A stretch of DNA of 64,000 bases, from positions 62,001-126,000 of the forward strand of contig NW_013657634.1 of the NCBI RefSeq assembly GCF_000142905.1, read 5' to 3'. A program made the translations under genes and the position numbers. The DNA comes from Thecamonas trahens ATCC 50062 (Eukaryota > Protista > Apusomonadida). The notes beneath the pieces were generated by a model, which worked only from the letters and a program-made list of their open reading frames with translations, was not told the origin of the DNA and did no database searches. Positions 34,601 to 45,666 of the stretch are shown here, piece after piece. The stretch's first letter is position 1. Each line of letters starts with the position of its first letter.

Positions 34601-34975
34601 GCTGCCGCCGGCAAAGGCTCCGAAACCGCTCCCGCTCCCACCGACTGCCTCCGAGTACGACATGGCGCCATTGAGGCTCATGACGCCACGGCGTGGCAGG
34701 TCCGACATGTCGCCAGCAGAGAGCCACCCCAGTGACTCCAGACTCTCGTCGGCAGACGCTACGCCACGCTCGGGTGTCGAAAGCCCACGTCGTCCTCCGT
34801 TACGTCGCCCCCGTCGCCCGCCGCTGCCACCGCCACCGCTTCCACCGCCACCACGACCCCGCCGACGACGCCGGTAAGGGGAAATAGTAAAGTGCCGCAT
34901 GCCCATGTACGGCGGTAGTGGCGTCAGGTCCAGCGGTTCTATCTGGCTCAGTCGCCCTAAACCGATGCTGTCCAT
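28626..34975 (-). CDS. Giant coiled-coil protein with about 36 tandem 26-29-aa helical repeats; intron 34357-34307; 1-nt frameshift near 32228
   Basis: Three ORFs join via ACG|GTACGC...TAG|GTG and one missing base in a repeat unit (TCG AGG TCG instead of TCG AGT GTC). Start codon uncertain. Confidence 0.75.
29440..32460 (-). repeat. Coding tandem repeat EIDLSSVET(A/V)LA(E/D/Y)IKAR(V/F/I)DELPAEA(T/PAA/APAA); 78/84/87-nt units
   Basis: Near-identical nucleotide units with a 249-nt higher-order repeat (e.g. 29761 vs 30010). Confidence 0.95.
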
Positions 34976-35584
34976 CTTTGCTACCCGCAGCAGAGTCGAC
35001 TGTGCCACTCACACCACTCTGTCCTGCTTCCCACTGGTACCTCTCCGCCCTGCCCCTCCTCCCCCCCCCCCAACTGTTCCCGCCCGCTGCCGACCGCCGT
35101 TTTCCACCCGTCACATGAGTTTTCCAGCCAACATGGTCATGCTGCTCCTTCCTCACCCTCTCTACAGCCCTCCTCTCTCCATCTTCCATTACCATTGCTC
35201 ACATACTCTTACTCGCTCTATACACTACAGTTGCATCCGAGAATCACCACCATACCTCCTCCTCTATCCCTATCTCCTCCTCTATCCTGATCACCTTCAA
35301 TCCTCCAGTCGTTTGCCGTTTTCTTCATTTTTTAGTCCGCACCCCCTCCCCTCCCTCCCCCCCCCCCCCCCACCTCACTTCGCGGTGTTGGCGCACCTCA
35401 CGCGCGCAACTCACGCTGTACCATTTCCCACCCTTCTTCTCTCTCTCCCCCCCCCTGCGCTGCGCTTCTCCCCTCTACACCCACTTGCTATTTCTCCTCA
35501 TTCCTCTTCTCGCGGCCTGTACCTCGCTCCTCCTCTTTGCCACGTCGTCGCACATAGCTCTTTGTCAACAACGACGACGACGGT

Positions 35585-38500
35585 ATGAGCACTCCCGTCA
35601 TCAACCTCGACGCAAGCTCGGAGACTTCGGGTTCGTATGTTCATGATCATGGCGCTGATTCCTCAGGCAACAACTCGGATGATGGCGTGGAACTCTCGGC
35701 TATCAGCCAGCCGCCGACTAAGCTCCCACCGCCTCCAACAAACTCGGCCAACTCGCTCTCCCCTAATGTAGCTGCTGCAGCGACTGAGAGTGGCACGCCT
35801 GTTGCGGACTCGGACAACGAGGTCGATGCTCGCGCTTACGCCACTGTTGATCCAAGTGCGCTCGGCGATGCCGGTGCAGATGCGGATGCAGACGCGTTTG
35901 CCTCGCTTCAGCCAGACGACGGCTCGGTCGGCATGCGCAGGCGCCGTGGCTCTCGGAACTCGCGCCGGACCTCGTCTCGCTACTCCACCCTTGATCCGGC
36001 GCGCCCGCGCAGACACTCGACCGTTCGGCACTCACAGTTTGGCGGTGGCCGCAATGTAACCATGCTCCGCGGTGTCCACTCAGGCAGCGAGGCCACGACG
36101 TCTGTCGTTCAAGATACTCGGTCCATGGCAACGCTGATCGGTACCGACGTCCGTGCCCCACAAGCTTTTTCATCCGACGACGTAGCCGCCGTTTTTCTCG
36201 ACTATGAGACGCTGTGCGCCGGCCTTCCGACGCCACAGGATCCGTACCCGGCACCAAAGAAGCGCGCCAAGGTTGCGGTTGATGCCGAAGCCGGCGCCTC
36301 CAAGGAAAAGGCTGACGGCGGTGAGCAAGGCACCGCCAAGGTGCTTTCGCCGGTCGTTGATCGCGGCCGATCGCGGTCGCGGTCGCGGTCGCGGTCGCGG
36401 TCGCGGTCTCGCATCCGGTCGCGGTCGCGGTCGGCAGTGTCGAGCACCGGTCCCATCGGCAATGCTCCGCTCCGTGACAACGCCAACTTTGCCGACCAGA
36501 TCCGGTTTGCCGAGAGCCGCCGCCGCAAGCGCGAGCGGCGAGTGGTCTTTGCCACTTTTTTTGTTGCCATCGCCTTTGCCCTCACCGGCCTCTACTACTT
36601 TACCATTGTCGAGGACGGCCTCGACATCCCTCGCCCACCACCGGACACGCTCACCCTTGATCCTGCCTCGACGCGGTCGTTCTGCTACTCGGACGTGCTG
36701 ACTTTCCTCTCGTCGTCATTCTGGCTCAACAAGCTCACGCTCGCCTTTGCGCCGCCAAACGAACCCGTTCCGCTTGTTGTTGACCTCAAGATCACGTTTG
36801 TCACCTCGCGCTCGCCCGAGTTCCAACCCGCCGTCTCGCACACCTTTACCTTTGGTGCCCGCGCCTTTGCCCTCGACCACCACAAATGGCTTGACGTGGC
36901 GTATCGTGTTCTCTCGCTCGGCATGCTCAAGTCAAACCGCAAGGCCGTGCAAGTCTTTGTCGACGCCAACGAGGTGGCCACTGACTACGGCTCGGACTGT
37001 CCAGTCGAGTCGATGGTCGAGTACTTCCGGCCCAAGCCCAACTCGACGCGGTACGACGACCAGGCTTTGCTCAACGCCATTGCGGAGGTCGCCTTTGGCG
37101 CCGTCGAGCTTGTACCCAACCGGCGGCTCACGCCGTCCATCGCCTGCTACCGCGGCGCTGGAACCAACGGCGATCTCGACACGCTCGACCGCTCGGTCTG
37201 TTTCGAGCGAGTCTCTTCCGGCCCAGACTACCCGCAGCACATCCGGCAGATCGAGCTCTTCCGGCCTCCATACTTTGAGGTCATATTTCTTGTTGCCGCC
37301 TTTGTCCTTGCCATCCTTGTCATCGACCGCGTCTGGCTGCATCTCTTTGAGCTCGTCGAGTCGCTCACCATTGGCGACTCGGAGATCCTACTCTCGTCGT
37401 CGGACGCGCCCAAGTTTCAGATCCTTGGCGTCATGCTGGTGACCAACTTTGGGCGGTTTGCCGCCCTCTTTGGCCCTGTCCTGGTCCTCTCCTTCTTTGA
37501 CTTTGCGTTCATTGGCTCGTACGTTACGCTCGTCGGCGTCCTTGCGCTCTTTATCATTGTCTCGTCGGTCGACATCTTTGTCTTTCTCCGCTCGCCGCAC
37601 CTCCGGCCGGTCCAGCTCATTCTCTCCAAGTATGCGTTCAAGGGCAATGCGCAGTTCTTTGACTTTTTCCGCATCATTGTCATCATGATTCTGTCGCTGT
37701 TCTACGGCGCGGGCGCGCCGCTCATGGCTCTGGCCGCCCTCCTTCATCCGCTCCCGACCCAGATTCGGCTTCTCACCACACTCTCGCTTGTTTCGTACAT
37801 CCTGCTCTTCCTCGGCAACCTCTTCCGCAAGGTCCAGGACGGCTCGCCTTATCCGGTCGAGGAGCATGCGTACCAGAACCTAGTCAACCTCTACTCGGGG
37901 CGCAACCTGGTCTCCAAGCACCTGTTGCAGATGCACCGTGTTCTCGACGCCATCAAGGCCGCCGAGTCGGCGGCTGTCGGCGGCGCGGCGCCGGCAAACT
38001 CGACGACGTCGACCTCGCGGCGGCGGTTCTACAACTTTCTGCTCACCATGGGCTTCTTCGCCCTCGAGTCGTCGCGGTTTGACTTTCACGAGCGCCTCCG
38101 CTTTGTGCCCGACGGCAAGGTCTACGCCTTTCCGTTCCTTCCGGCCCGCATCGAGGAGGTCTACCTCTCGGCTCGACCCGACGACGAACTCGATGACGGG
38201 CCGACCCATGACGTGCTGTGGGGCGGGCGCGAGACGCTGTACTCGTACTACCACAAGGACAACAAGCACCTGCTGACGCTCCGCCCGGGCGCGGTTGCTG
38301 ACATCGAGTCGGCGTTCCACGCCGCCGAGCGGTCGTACCGGCTCTCGCTCATCTCGTCGTTCTTGCTCCCACTCATGGAGTTTGCGCTTCTCATCATTGT
38401 CATTGTCTACGCGTCGGTCATCTTTGACGGGCTGGAGCTCTCCGAGGGCACTTCTGCGCCGTTCTCGGTCTTGCTCTTTGTCATCACCATCATCCGTGGC

Positions 38501-41110
38501 CTCCTTATCTCGTCGCAGGTGACGGCGACGGCGGCCGGCCTCGAGACCGCCGACGACGAGTCGCTCACCGACCTCACAGCCGCGTTTACCCACATGCTCC
38601 GCAAGGAGCTCAAAGTCCGCGACTCGGACGGCGAGCGGCGGCGCGCGCGAGAGGAGCAGGCGCGAGCCAAGCTTCTCGCCCACTCGGCTAACGAGCTTTT
38701 CCGCGAAGACAAGAAAAAGGTGCTCAAGAAGCGGCAACCGTTTGGCGCCTTTTTCCTTGTTGTTGTCCTTGTCATCATCGGCGGCGTGCTCATTGGCGTC
38801 TTTGCCTTTGGCGCGCGCTCGTCCTCGATCGACATTGACGAGTCGCTCCTCAACGCGCAGTTTAGAAACCTCGCCAACGAGTCCATTTGCTACTCGGAGA
38901 TGTCGTTGTACGCAGAGGCGCCGTTGTGGACACATCTCATCCGCGGCGCGTTGTATCCGATCGACGAGCCGATGCCACTGTTTGTAGATGTGCAGTTTGA
39001 CTTTGTTTCGTACTCGCCCACGGCAGTCTCGCCGACGCTCACCCAGCACTGGCGGATCGGAGCACGATCGATGTTTGTCAACTTTGGCCGGTGGGAGGAG
39101 TTGGCAGCGTTTGTGCTTTCGGGCTCGATCTTCCGGACCAACGCCAAGTCGCTGCACTTTGTGATGGACGAGGCCGAGCTCGAGTCACAGCTCGACGCAG
39201 ATTGCACAGCAGCGATGCTGACCGGGGTGTACAAGGGCAATGGGCTGCAGTCGCGCGCAGCGATGGCCTCGTTCCTCTTCGGCCTTCTCCTTGAGCAGGG
39301 TCAGGACTTTCTGCACTCGGCCATCTGCCCGATCACACCGTCTGGCGAGCTGGCCAAGGGCGAGTGCTTCAAGCGGACGACGGTCGAGTCGTCGCTTCAG
39401 TCTGTGCAGACGTTTGAGCCGAAGCACACCGGGCGGAACATGGTGTATCTGGCATCGCTTGTCCTCGCGGTCCTCCTCACGCTCGCTGTCTTTTACTTCT
39501 GGGACTCGTTTATCGGCGGTCTCGAGTCGCTGTCTTTGTCCGGGATGACGGGCGCCGGCTCGTTCAGCATGGAGGAGGATCCGCGGTACTGGTACACCAT
39601 CAATGCCAAACTCATGGGCTTTGCGGTTGTGCCGCTCCTGGCCACGACCATCCAGTCGTCGCGGACGTACTTTTTCTCTGTCCTCCTTGGCCTCGGACTG
39701 TTCCTCCTTGTGCAGGCACTCATTCCACGGTCGATGCTGGATCTGACGGATCCGTCCGAGTCGACGTCGTCGATCCAGTCGCGGGTGATCATGGGGCGCT
39801 GGGCGTCGTTTGACACCGCCGGACGTGGGCGGCCACGCTCGTACCAGGTTGTCTTTTGGCTTGTCTGCGTCTGCCGGACCATCGTTGCAGGGCTTGTGGG
39901 CATGTTGTACGGCGGCGGCGTCCCGTACTTTGTGCTCTCGTTCATTTTCCACCCCGCCAAGACTGAGCGGATGCTGATTGTGGCGGTTGTAGTGACGGCG
40001 ACGTTTGTGGTGGTTGTCAACTGGCTCATTGCGCTGGTTTGGACCTCGTCGGTGCTCTACAATGTGTACGACCAGCTGTGCGAGGCGCACTCGATCTCGC
40101 ACCTCCCGCTGCAAGCGCGCAACGAGCTGCAGCAGTTTGCGCGGGCTGTGGAGGAGTTTTTCCCCAACGCCGGCTCGGACGTCGACGATGCGCGCGACCT
40201 GCTTGTCTTTTATCTTGAGACGGTGGCGACGGTCAAGTACCACTCGGGACGGCTCAAGATGGCCGGCATCGGAATCCCGGAGCTGCCGCTGCTTCCGGAG
40301 GACGAGCTCGACCGGCAGGTGAGCGGAGAGAGCCAGACGATCTGCGTGCTGTCACGCGGCGGCGCCGAGACGCCGTTCCGTGTCTCTGACGAGCCAGTCA
40401 TGTGGGGTTCGCTTGACACTGGCGTGCTGCCTGGCTGGCAGCCCACATCGTCTTCGTCGTCGGAGGAGGACGAGGACGGCATGACATACATCCGGCTCTC
40501 CGATACGGCACTGCATGAGATCGACGACCTGTTTGATACGCGGCGAGTGGGCGTTTTCTCTATCATCCAGGTCCCGCGATCGATTTCGCTGGGGATGATG
40601 CTTGTGCTTGCGTGCTTCTTTGCACTTATGATTCCTGCGCTTCTCAACGTGGTCAACCTTGACAAGGACCAGTCTGTGCTCTCGACGTTTGGCACGCTCA
40701 TTGTGGGCTTTTCGGCCATTATCGGGGTAGCACTCCAGTCTGAGACGCAGCAGGAGCGCAACACGTTTATCGTGGCCGAACTCGACGACATCGTGACGAC
40801 TGAGCTCGACGCGCACAACATGGTGCGGTCTTCGGAGACCGACCAGCTTGCGCTCCAGCAGTTCAACGTGGTCATGAACCGCGATGAGGACTCGGGCCAT
40901 ATCGACGGGCTCATTCTTGTCCGCGACATCGAAGGGTTGCGGACGGACCAGGGCGAGGCCGGCGATCTCACGCTGGAGGGCAATCCCGCGACGCCGGTAG
41001 TCGTCCGCGGTGCGTCGTTCACGTCGGTGCCGGTGGCAGCCGGCGGCGGAGTGGTTGTGGCGGTCGATGCAGCGAGCTCGTCGGGCTCGGAAGGTTCAAG
41101 CAGTGGGTAA
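35585..41110 (+). CDS. 1841-aa polytopic membrane protein made of two tandem homologous modules
   Basis: Intron-free ORF with paired motifs FCYSD/ICYSE, PNEPVPLVVD/IDEPMPLFVD, GARAF/GARSM and FYGAGAP...HP/LYGGGVP...HP. Confidence 0.85.
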   Translation: MSTPVINLDASSETSGSYVHDHGADSSGNNSDDGVELSAISQPPTKLPPPPTNSANSLSPNVAAAATESGTPVADSDNEVDARAYATVDPSALGDAGADADADAFASLQPDDGSVGMRRRRGSRNSRRTSSRYSTLDPARPRRHSTVRHSQFGGGRNVTMLRGVHSGSEATTSVVQDTRSMATLIGTDVRAPQAFSSDDVAAVFLDYETLCAGLPTPQDPYPAPKKRAKVAVDAEAGASKEKADGGEQGTAKVLSPVVDRGRSRSRSRSRSRSRSRIRSRSRSAVSSTGPIGNAPLRDNANFADQIRFAESRRRKRERRVVFATFFVAIAFALTGLYYFTIVEDGLDIPRPPPDTLTLDPASTRSFCYSDVLTFLSSSFWLNKLTLAFAPPNEPVPLVVDLKITFVTSRSPEFQPAVSHTFTFGARAFALDHHKWLDVAYRVLSLGMLKSNRKAVQVFVDANEVATDYGSDCPVESMVEYFRPKPNSTRYDDQALLNAIAEVAFGAVELVPNRRLTPSIACYRGAGTNGDLDTLDRSVCFERVSSGPDYPQHIRQIELFRPPYFEVIFLVAAFVLAILVIDRVWLHLFELVESLTIGDSEILLSSSDAPKFQILGVMLVTNFGRFAALFGPVLVLSFFDFAFIGSYVTLVGVLALFIIVSSVDIFVFLRSPHLRPVQLILSKYAFKGNAQFFDFFRIIVIMILSLFYGAGAPLMALAALLHPLPTQIRLLTTLSLVSYILLFLGNLFRKVQDGSPYPVEEHAYQNLVNLYSGRNLVSKHLLQMHRVLDAIKAAESAAVGGAAPANSTTSTSRRRFYNFLLTMGFFALESSRFDFHERLRFVPDGKVYAFPFLPARIEEVYLSARPDDELDDGPTHDVLWGGRETLYSYYHKDNKHLLTLRPGAVADIESAFHAAERSYRLSLISSFLLPLMEFALLIIVIVYASVIFDGLELSEGTSAPFSVLLFVITIIRGLLISSQVTATAAGLETADDESLTDLTAAFTHMLRKELKVRDSDGERRRAREEQARAKLLAHSANELFREDKKKVLKKRQPFGAFFLVVVLVIIGGVLIGVFAFGARSSSIDIDESLLNAQFRNLANESICYSEMSLYAEAPLWTHLIRGALYPIDEPMPLFVDVQFDFVSYSPTAVSPTLTQHWRIGARSMFVNFGRWEELAAFVLSGSIFRTNAKSLHFVMDEAELESQLDADCTAAMLTGVYKGNGLQSRAAMASFLFGLLLEQGQDFLHSAICPITPSGELAKGECFKRTTVESSLQSVQTFEPKHTGRNMVYLASLVLAVLLTLAVFYFWDSFIGGLESLSLSGMTGAGSFSMEEDPRYWYTINAKLMGFAVVPLLATTIQSSRTYFFSVLLGLGLFLLVQALIPRSMLDLTDPSESTSSIQSRVIMGRWASFDTAGRGRPRSYQVVFWLVCVCRTIVAGLVGMLYGGGVPYFVLSFIFHPAKTERMLIVAVVVTATFVVVVNWLIALVWTSSVLYNVYDQLCEAHSISHLPLQARNELQQFARAVEEFFPNAGSDVDDARDLLVFYLETVATVKYHSGRLKMAGIGIPELPLLPEDELDRQVSGESQTICVLSRGGAETPFRVSDEPVMWGSLDTGVLPGWQPTSSSSSEEDEDGMTYIRLSDTALHEIDDLFDTRRVGVFSIIQVPRSISLGMMLVLACFFALMIPALLNVVNLDKDQSVLSTFGTLIVGFSAIIGVALQSETQQERNTFIVAELDDIVTTELDAHNMVRSSETDQLALQQFNVVMNRDEDSGHIDGLILVRDIEGLRTDQGEAGDLTLEGNPATPVVVRGASFTSVPVAAGGGVVVAVDAASSSGSEGSSSG

Positions 41111-41176
41111 GGTGATGAACATAGTCGATGGCCCTGAAGAAACCAACATTTGCACATAACAGTGACAGGTTGCCGA

Positions 41177-42763
41177 TCACGAGGCCGGGGCGCGGCGGAG
41201 GAGGTTATGGTCGAGGAGGCCAGAAAAGAACTCGATAGTGGCGTGGTCGGACCAAGCCGGGCCCCAGACACCGGCGTGTTCGAGCCAGGCACAGTGGCCG
41301 CCGCGGCGGGTGATGGCGGCCATGGTGTACGGGTTGGCGGCGATGTCGTCGGTGGGGATGATGGGCTCCGGAACGATGGGGTCGTCTGCGGCAGAGAGGA
41401 AGAGGGTGGGGATCTTGATGCCGGAGATGCGGCCAGCGACGGTAGCATGACGGTAGTAGTCGTCGACGTCCTTGTGGCCAAAGACCGGGACGGTGACAGC
41501 AGCGTCAAAGTCGCGAACGGTGCGGCAGGTGTCGAGGTCGGCCGGGTTGACTTGCGGGTGGTGGGCCAGCATGGGGTGGCGCTTGGCAAAGCGGACGAGA
41601 TTTGCGGTGAAGATGCGCTCGTAGATCCAGGGGAGCGAGTGCTCGGGCTTGCGGATCATGGAGAATGGGCAGCAGAGGGCGACGGCGGCGTCGACAGGGG
41701 TGGCCGAGCCAGCGTCGCAGAGGTGGCGTGAGAGGATGTTGGCACCGAGCGAGAAGCCGACGGCAAAAAGCGGCGAGTGTGGCGCCTTGGCCTTGACGTG
41801 GGCGAGGACAGCGTCGAGGTCGTCGGTGGCGGACGCTGAGTAGCCGCGCGGGGTGAGGACGTCGGTCCCGGCAGCACCGCGGTAGTTGAAGACGAGCGGA
41901 GCCCAGCCCATAGCAAGTGCCGATCGAACGGCGAGACGAACGTAGCCCTCATCCGAGCCGCCGGTGAGGCCGTGGAGGACAAGCATGACCGGGGTGTGCG
42001 GGGTGATGTCAGCCGGCTTGGTGGCCCAGTCGAGCGCCACCATGCCGCCATCGGCGAGAAAGAGCGAGGTTCGTAGGTAGTCGACGCGCGGAACAGGCCG
42101 GAGACGGGCGGCGAGCACCGTCTGAGTATGGCCACCATCAAGGAGGAACGGCGGGTAGTACGGCTCGCGGAGAGTGGGCAGCGCGTCGGCGGCAAGCAGG
42201 ACTGAGTGTGGCGACGATGGCGATGATGGGACGACAAGGGTCGGCGGCTTGGCAGCGGCGGCAAAGTAGTGGATGCCGTATAGGGCGGTGGCCGAGGTGG
42301 TGAGTGTGAGGATGGTGGAGAGGGTGGGCGATGTTGGCGACACGCCCAATAGCAGCGTTGATTGGAGGGTCTGCAGCGGTTCGTGGCGTGAGCAGGTCAT
42401 ATCCATTGTTGTTGTCAGCGCGATGATGGTTTTTGTCGTCGTGTCGTTGTTGTCGTCGTGGCGTTGTTGTCGTCGTGGCGTTGTGGTCGTCGTATCGTTG
42501 TGGTCACCACCATCGCCATCGTTGCAATCATGATGATGATAGTTGTTGTTATTGTTGTGGTCATTGCCATCCATCGTTGAGATCATAGTCATTGCGGTTG
42601 TTGTCATCATCATGCCCATGCCCATTCATCCCATCCCATGTCCCTCGGTGAGTCTCGGCCCGCCCGCCCGCCCAGGATCCCCTCCCCCTCTCCCCTCCTC
42701 ACGTACCAGAAGAGAAACAAACGATGTCCATGGCGACCGCAGTACCTTGCCGAACATGGTCAT
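41177..42763 (-). CDS. ABHD1/2/3 (YheT/EHT1-like) alpha/beta hydrolase; exon 1 42763-42707, intron 42706-42371
   Basis: GHTQT, DGG.VALDW, LHGLTGGS, nucleophile motif GFSLG, DDPIV and GGHCAW. CTG|GTACGT and CTGCAG| join in phase 0. Confidence 0.92.
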
Positions 42764-43273
42764 GGTCACTCCTGGAGGGACTGTGGGTCAGGTGTCCACC
42801 AAGTGCCCTTCTCTGTTTCCCCTGCTTGCTCCACCAGTGCTTCTCGCTCACTCTTCGCGCTGCTGCTGTCGTCATTGCGGGAAATGCCGAGTTTGCGGCG
42901 ATTGGTGCGGCGTTTCGGGCAGGCGATGGCTGTCGCTTCCTGCTCTCTCCCTGGCAAGTGCTATCACAGATCGAGTACAACATAATGGTTGGTGTTCTGC
43001 CAAGTGGGGCTCCTATCGCGGGTGCTGCTATGCGTTCAATACTATCGACCCGCTTGCAGTGCATGGCTGCTGCGCAGGCGAGGAGACGGCAGGGATGCGA
43101 GTTCGGCTCAGGTGCCCGTGGTGTGCATGCCTGTCGGATCGGACACGAGCCACGACGTTGTTGGATGTCTGAAAATAGTCAGCTCTCCCTCTCTCTGCCT
43201 CTCCTGCACCTACTCTGCACCTAGTCGTGCTCAGGTGCGATGCAGGAACGAAAGGCGATTGAAACAGCGGCGA

Positions 43274-44191
43274 CTACATGGCCTCGAGATCATCGAGCGA
43301 GGTTGCCATGCCGATGTACGATGACTTGACGAGGCGACGTCGGTCAAACTCCTCCTCGTCGGCGCGCGGATTCTCTTCCATGTCGGTGTCCATGGCGCCG
43401 AGCGAGGCAAGCATCCACTCGAGGTCATCGGCGTTAAAGCCGAGCCCGCCCGGAAGCTGCTTGATGGAGACGAGCTTGGAGACGAGGTTCTTCTCGTGGT
43501 AGAAGAAGATGGACGGCACCAGGTCGTTCGGGTAGTTGGGGATGGCTGCCGTCGAGACAATGCGCAGCAGTTTGACCGGGACCGGCCGCGATGCCGCGAG
43601 GCGCTCCATGGCGGCGTGCACCACCCGGCACGCCGGATTGTCGTCCTGGTACAGATGGAGCACAATCCAATCGCTGCACTCGGATACCTCCTTGATGTAC
43701 TCGGACTGCGAGATCTCAGTCACACCGCGCGACGCCGACGCCATCTGTGCCCGAAGCGCGGCCAGCCGCTTGGCCTTGATCATCTGCAACACCGCCAGAT
43801 CATCGTCGTCGTCATCGTCCCACTCGTCCAGATCATCCGAGCCCATGCCCTCGGCCTTTTCCTCTGTCAGCCGCTTCCCGTTCCCGACATCATACGTGAC
43901 TTCCTGTGACCTCCAAGCCAGAGAGTATGAGTGGCGGGGGGGGGGCGGGAGGGGGGGGTGGGGGGTGAGTTTCATCAATTTTCCCCCCCACCACCTGCTC
44001 CACAACGTCCCTTCGTGAAGCTAGGCCTCAACCCAGGCCAAGCCAGCCACAGGCCTTCTCTTGGGCCAGTAAGCTCCTCCGCGTTCTTCTCAGCTTCAGC
44101 ATACAGGGTAGTACGGCTCGGTCGGCTCGGGCGCCTTCATGTTGCCAATGCGGATCTGGGCCTCGTCCCAGTCGGTGAGTCCTGCGGCCAT
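43274..44191 (-). CDS. PDCL3: Phosducin-like protein (PDCL3/PLP2); intron 44104-43904
   Basis: TDWDEAQIRIGNM N-terminus, acidic stretch then KRLAAL, WIVLHLY, AIPNYP..LVPSIF thioredoxin fold, LEWML...GA. Confidence 0.88.
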
Positions 44192-44332
44192 GGTGGTGTG
44201 GGCAGAGTTGAGTGGCTTCGGCGCGAAGCGTAGGTCGGGCGTGTGTGGTCTGGTCTGTCTGCGGCAGGCGGGGATCACTTCGGATCGGAGCTCGGGTGGA
44301 GGATGCCAAGATGGCGAGGGTGTTTGTCCGGA

Positions 44333-45268
44333 TCAGAGTCGGGATGCCTGGATGAATGCGCCGTATTTGTCGGCGAGGAACGGGGCAGAGTGGTACGGCG
44401 GGATGGCAGGGTGTGGCGGGAAGAACGACGAAAGCTCGATGCCCTTGCGGAGCGAGGAGCCGCCATCGACCCGGAGGACAGCGCCGTTGACATATGATGC
44501 ACCGGAAGAGGCAAGGAAAATGATGGCTGCAGCAACTTCTGACTCGGTCCCGCCGCGGCCGGTGGGGCAGGCGGCGGCGATGGACGGGAGCGCGGCCCGG
44601 ACGGGCGCCGGGTACGAGTCGAGGCCAGACGAGACGATGATGCCGGGCGCGACGGCGTTGATGCGGATCCCGTATCGGGCCCACTCGACAGCGAGTGTGT
44701 GTGTGAGGTTGACAACGCCAGCACGTGCCGCGCCCGAGTGAGCCATGTGCGGCATGCCTGCCCACATGTCCGCCACCACATTGACGCAGCGGAGGCCACG
44801 AAGGGCGGCCTTGTCGGGCGCAGCGGCATCGAGGGCGGCAAAGACGCCAACGAGCACATTCCATGTCCCGGTTAGGTTGGTATCGACAACAGCACGCCAG
44901 CCCTTGGGCGAGATGTCCTCAGCCGGCGAGACGTACTGCCCGCCTGCGTTGTTGACCACCACATCGATGCGACCAAAGACGTCGATGACGGTCGCAATGC
45001 CCGACTCCACCGATGCCAAGTGACGGATGTCCATGACCACGGGCAAGATCCGACAATCATATCCCTCGGCCTCGCCGCGTTCCACCAGCACCTCAGCCGC
45101 AGCCTCCAGCCGATGCCCCTTCCGCCCGGCGATGGCCACACCAGCCGCCCCACCAGCCACCGCCGCCCACGCCGTAGCCAGACCGATGCCCGACCCACCG
45201 CCAGTCACCAGCACCACCTCGCCCCCCAGCACATCGTTCGCATACACTGACGAGCCTCTGCCAACCAT
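44333..45268 (-). CDS. PECR: Peroxisomal trans-2-enoyl-CoA reductase-like SDR
   Basis: TGGGSGIG, NNAGGQY, W.AVVDTNLTGT, MAHSGAARAGV.NL, C-terminal PTS1 SRL. Confidence 0.88.
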   Translation of the reverse strand: MVGRGSSVYANDVLGGEVVLVTGGGSGIGLATAWAAVAGGAAGVAIAGRKGHRLEAAAEVLVERGEAEGYDCRILPVVMDIRHLASVESGIATVIDVFGRIDVVVNNAGGQYVSPAEDISPKGWRAVVDTNLTGTWNVLVGVFAALDAAAPDKAALRGLRCVNVVADMWAGMPHMAHSGAARAGVVNLTHTLAVEWARYGIRINAVAPGIIVSSGLDSYPAPVRAALPSIAAACPTGRGGTESEVAAAIIFLASSGASYVNGAVLRVDGGSSLRKGIELSSFFPPHPAIPPYHSAPFLADKYGAFIQASRL

Positions 45269-45437
45269 CTGCTCGCTACCTCTCTCTCTCTCTCTCTCTC
45301 TCCCACCCCGTGCTGCAACTGCACCGAGTGGAGACTGTGTCCCTCAGACTCGCCCAGTCTGCCCGGCAGGCTCGGCGTCTCTCCCGGGCCTGACACCACC
45401 TAAGCCAGACTCTGGATGTCATCAGCAACTCTTGTCC

Positions 45438-45666
45438 CCGATCATGTCCGATCATGTCCGATCATGTCCGATCATGTCCGATGTGCCCGCTCTTGAGCAG
45501 CTTGGGCGGCTCGCACGCCCTTTGCCTCGCCCTCGCCCCCTCATCTCCCTCCCTATCTACCTCCCCCCCCCCCCTCCCCCCCCGCTTCCCAGGTCCGATC
45601 ATGTCCGAGCAGCATCTCGTGCGTGCGTCCGATCACATGTCCGATCAGGTCCGATGAGGTCTGATG
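45438..45666. repeat. TCCGATCATG decamer array and dispersed copies between divergent genes
   Basis: Four tandem copies at 45438-45482 and about six variants at 45593-45666. Confidence 0.8.

Noticed and set aside
42724-43324. Several plus-strand ORFs between the ABHD and PDCL3 genes
   Set aside because: No motifs or coding-like composition. Likely promoter and UTR.
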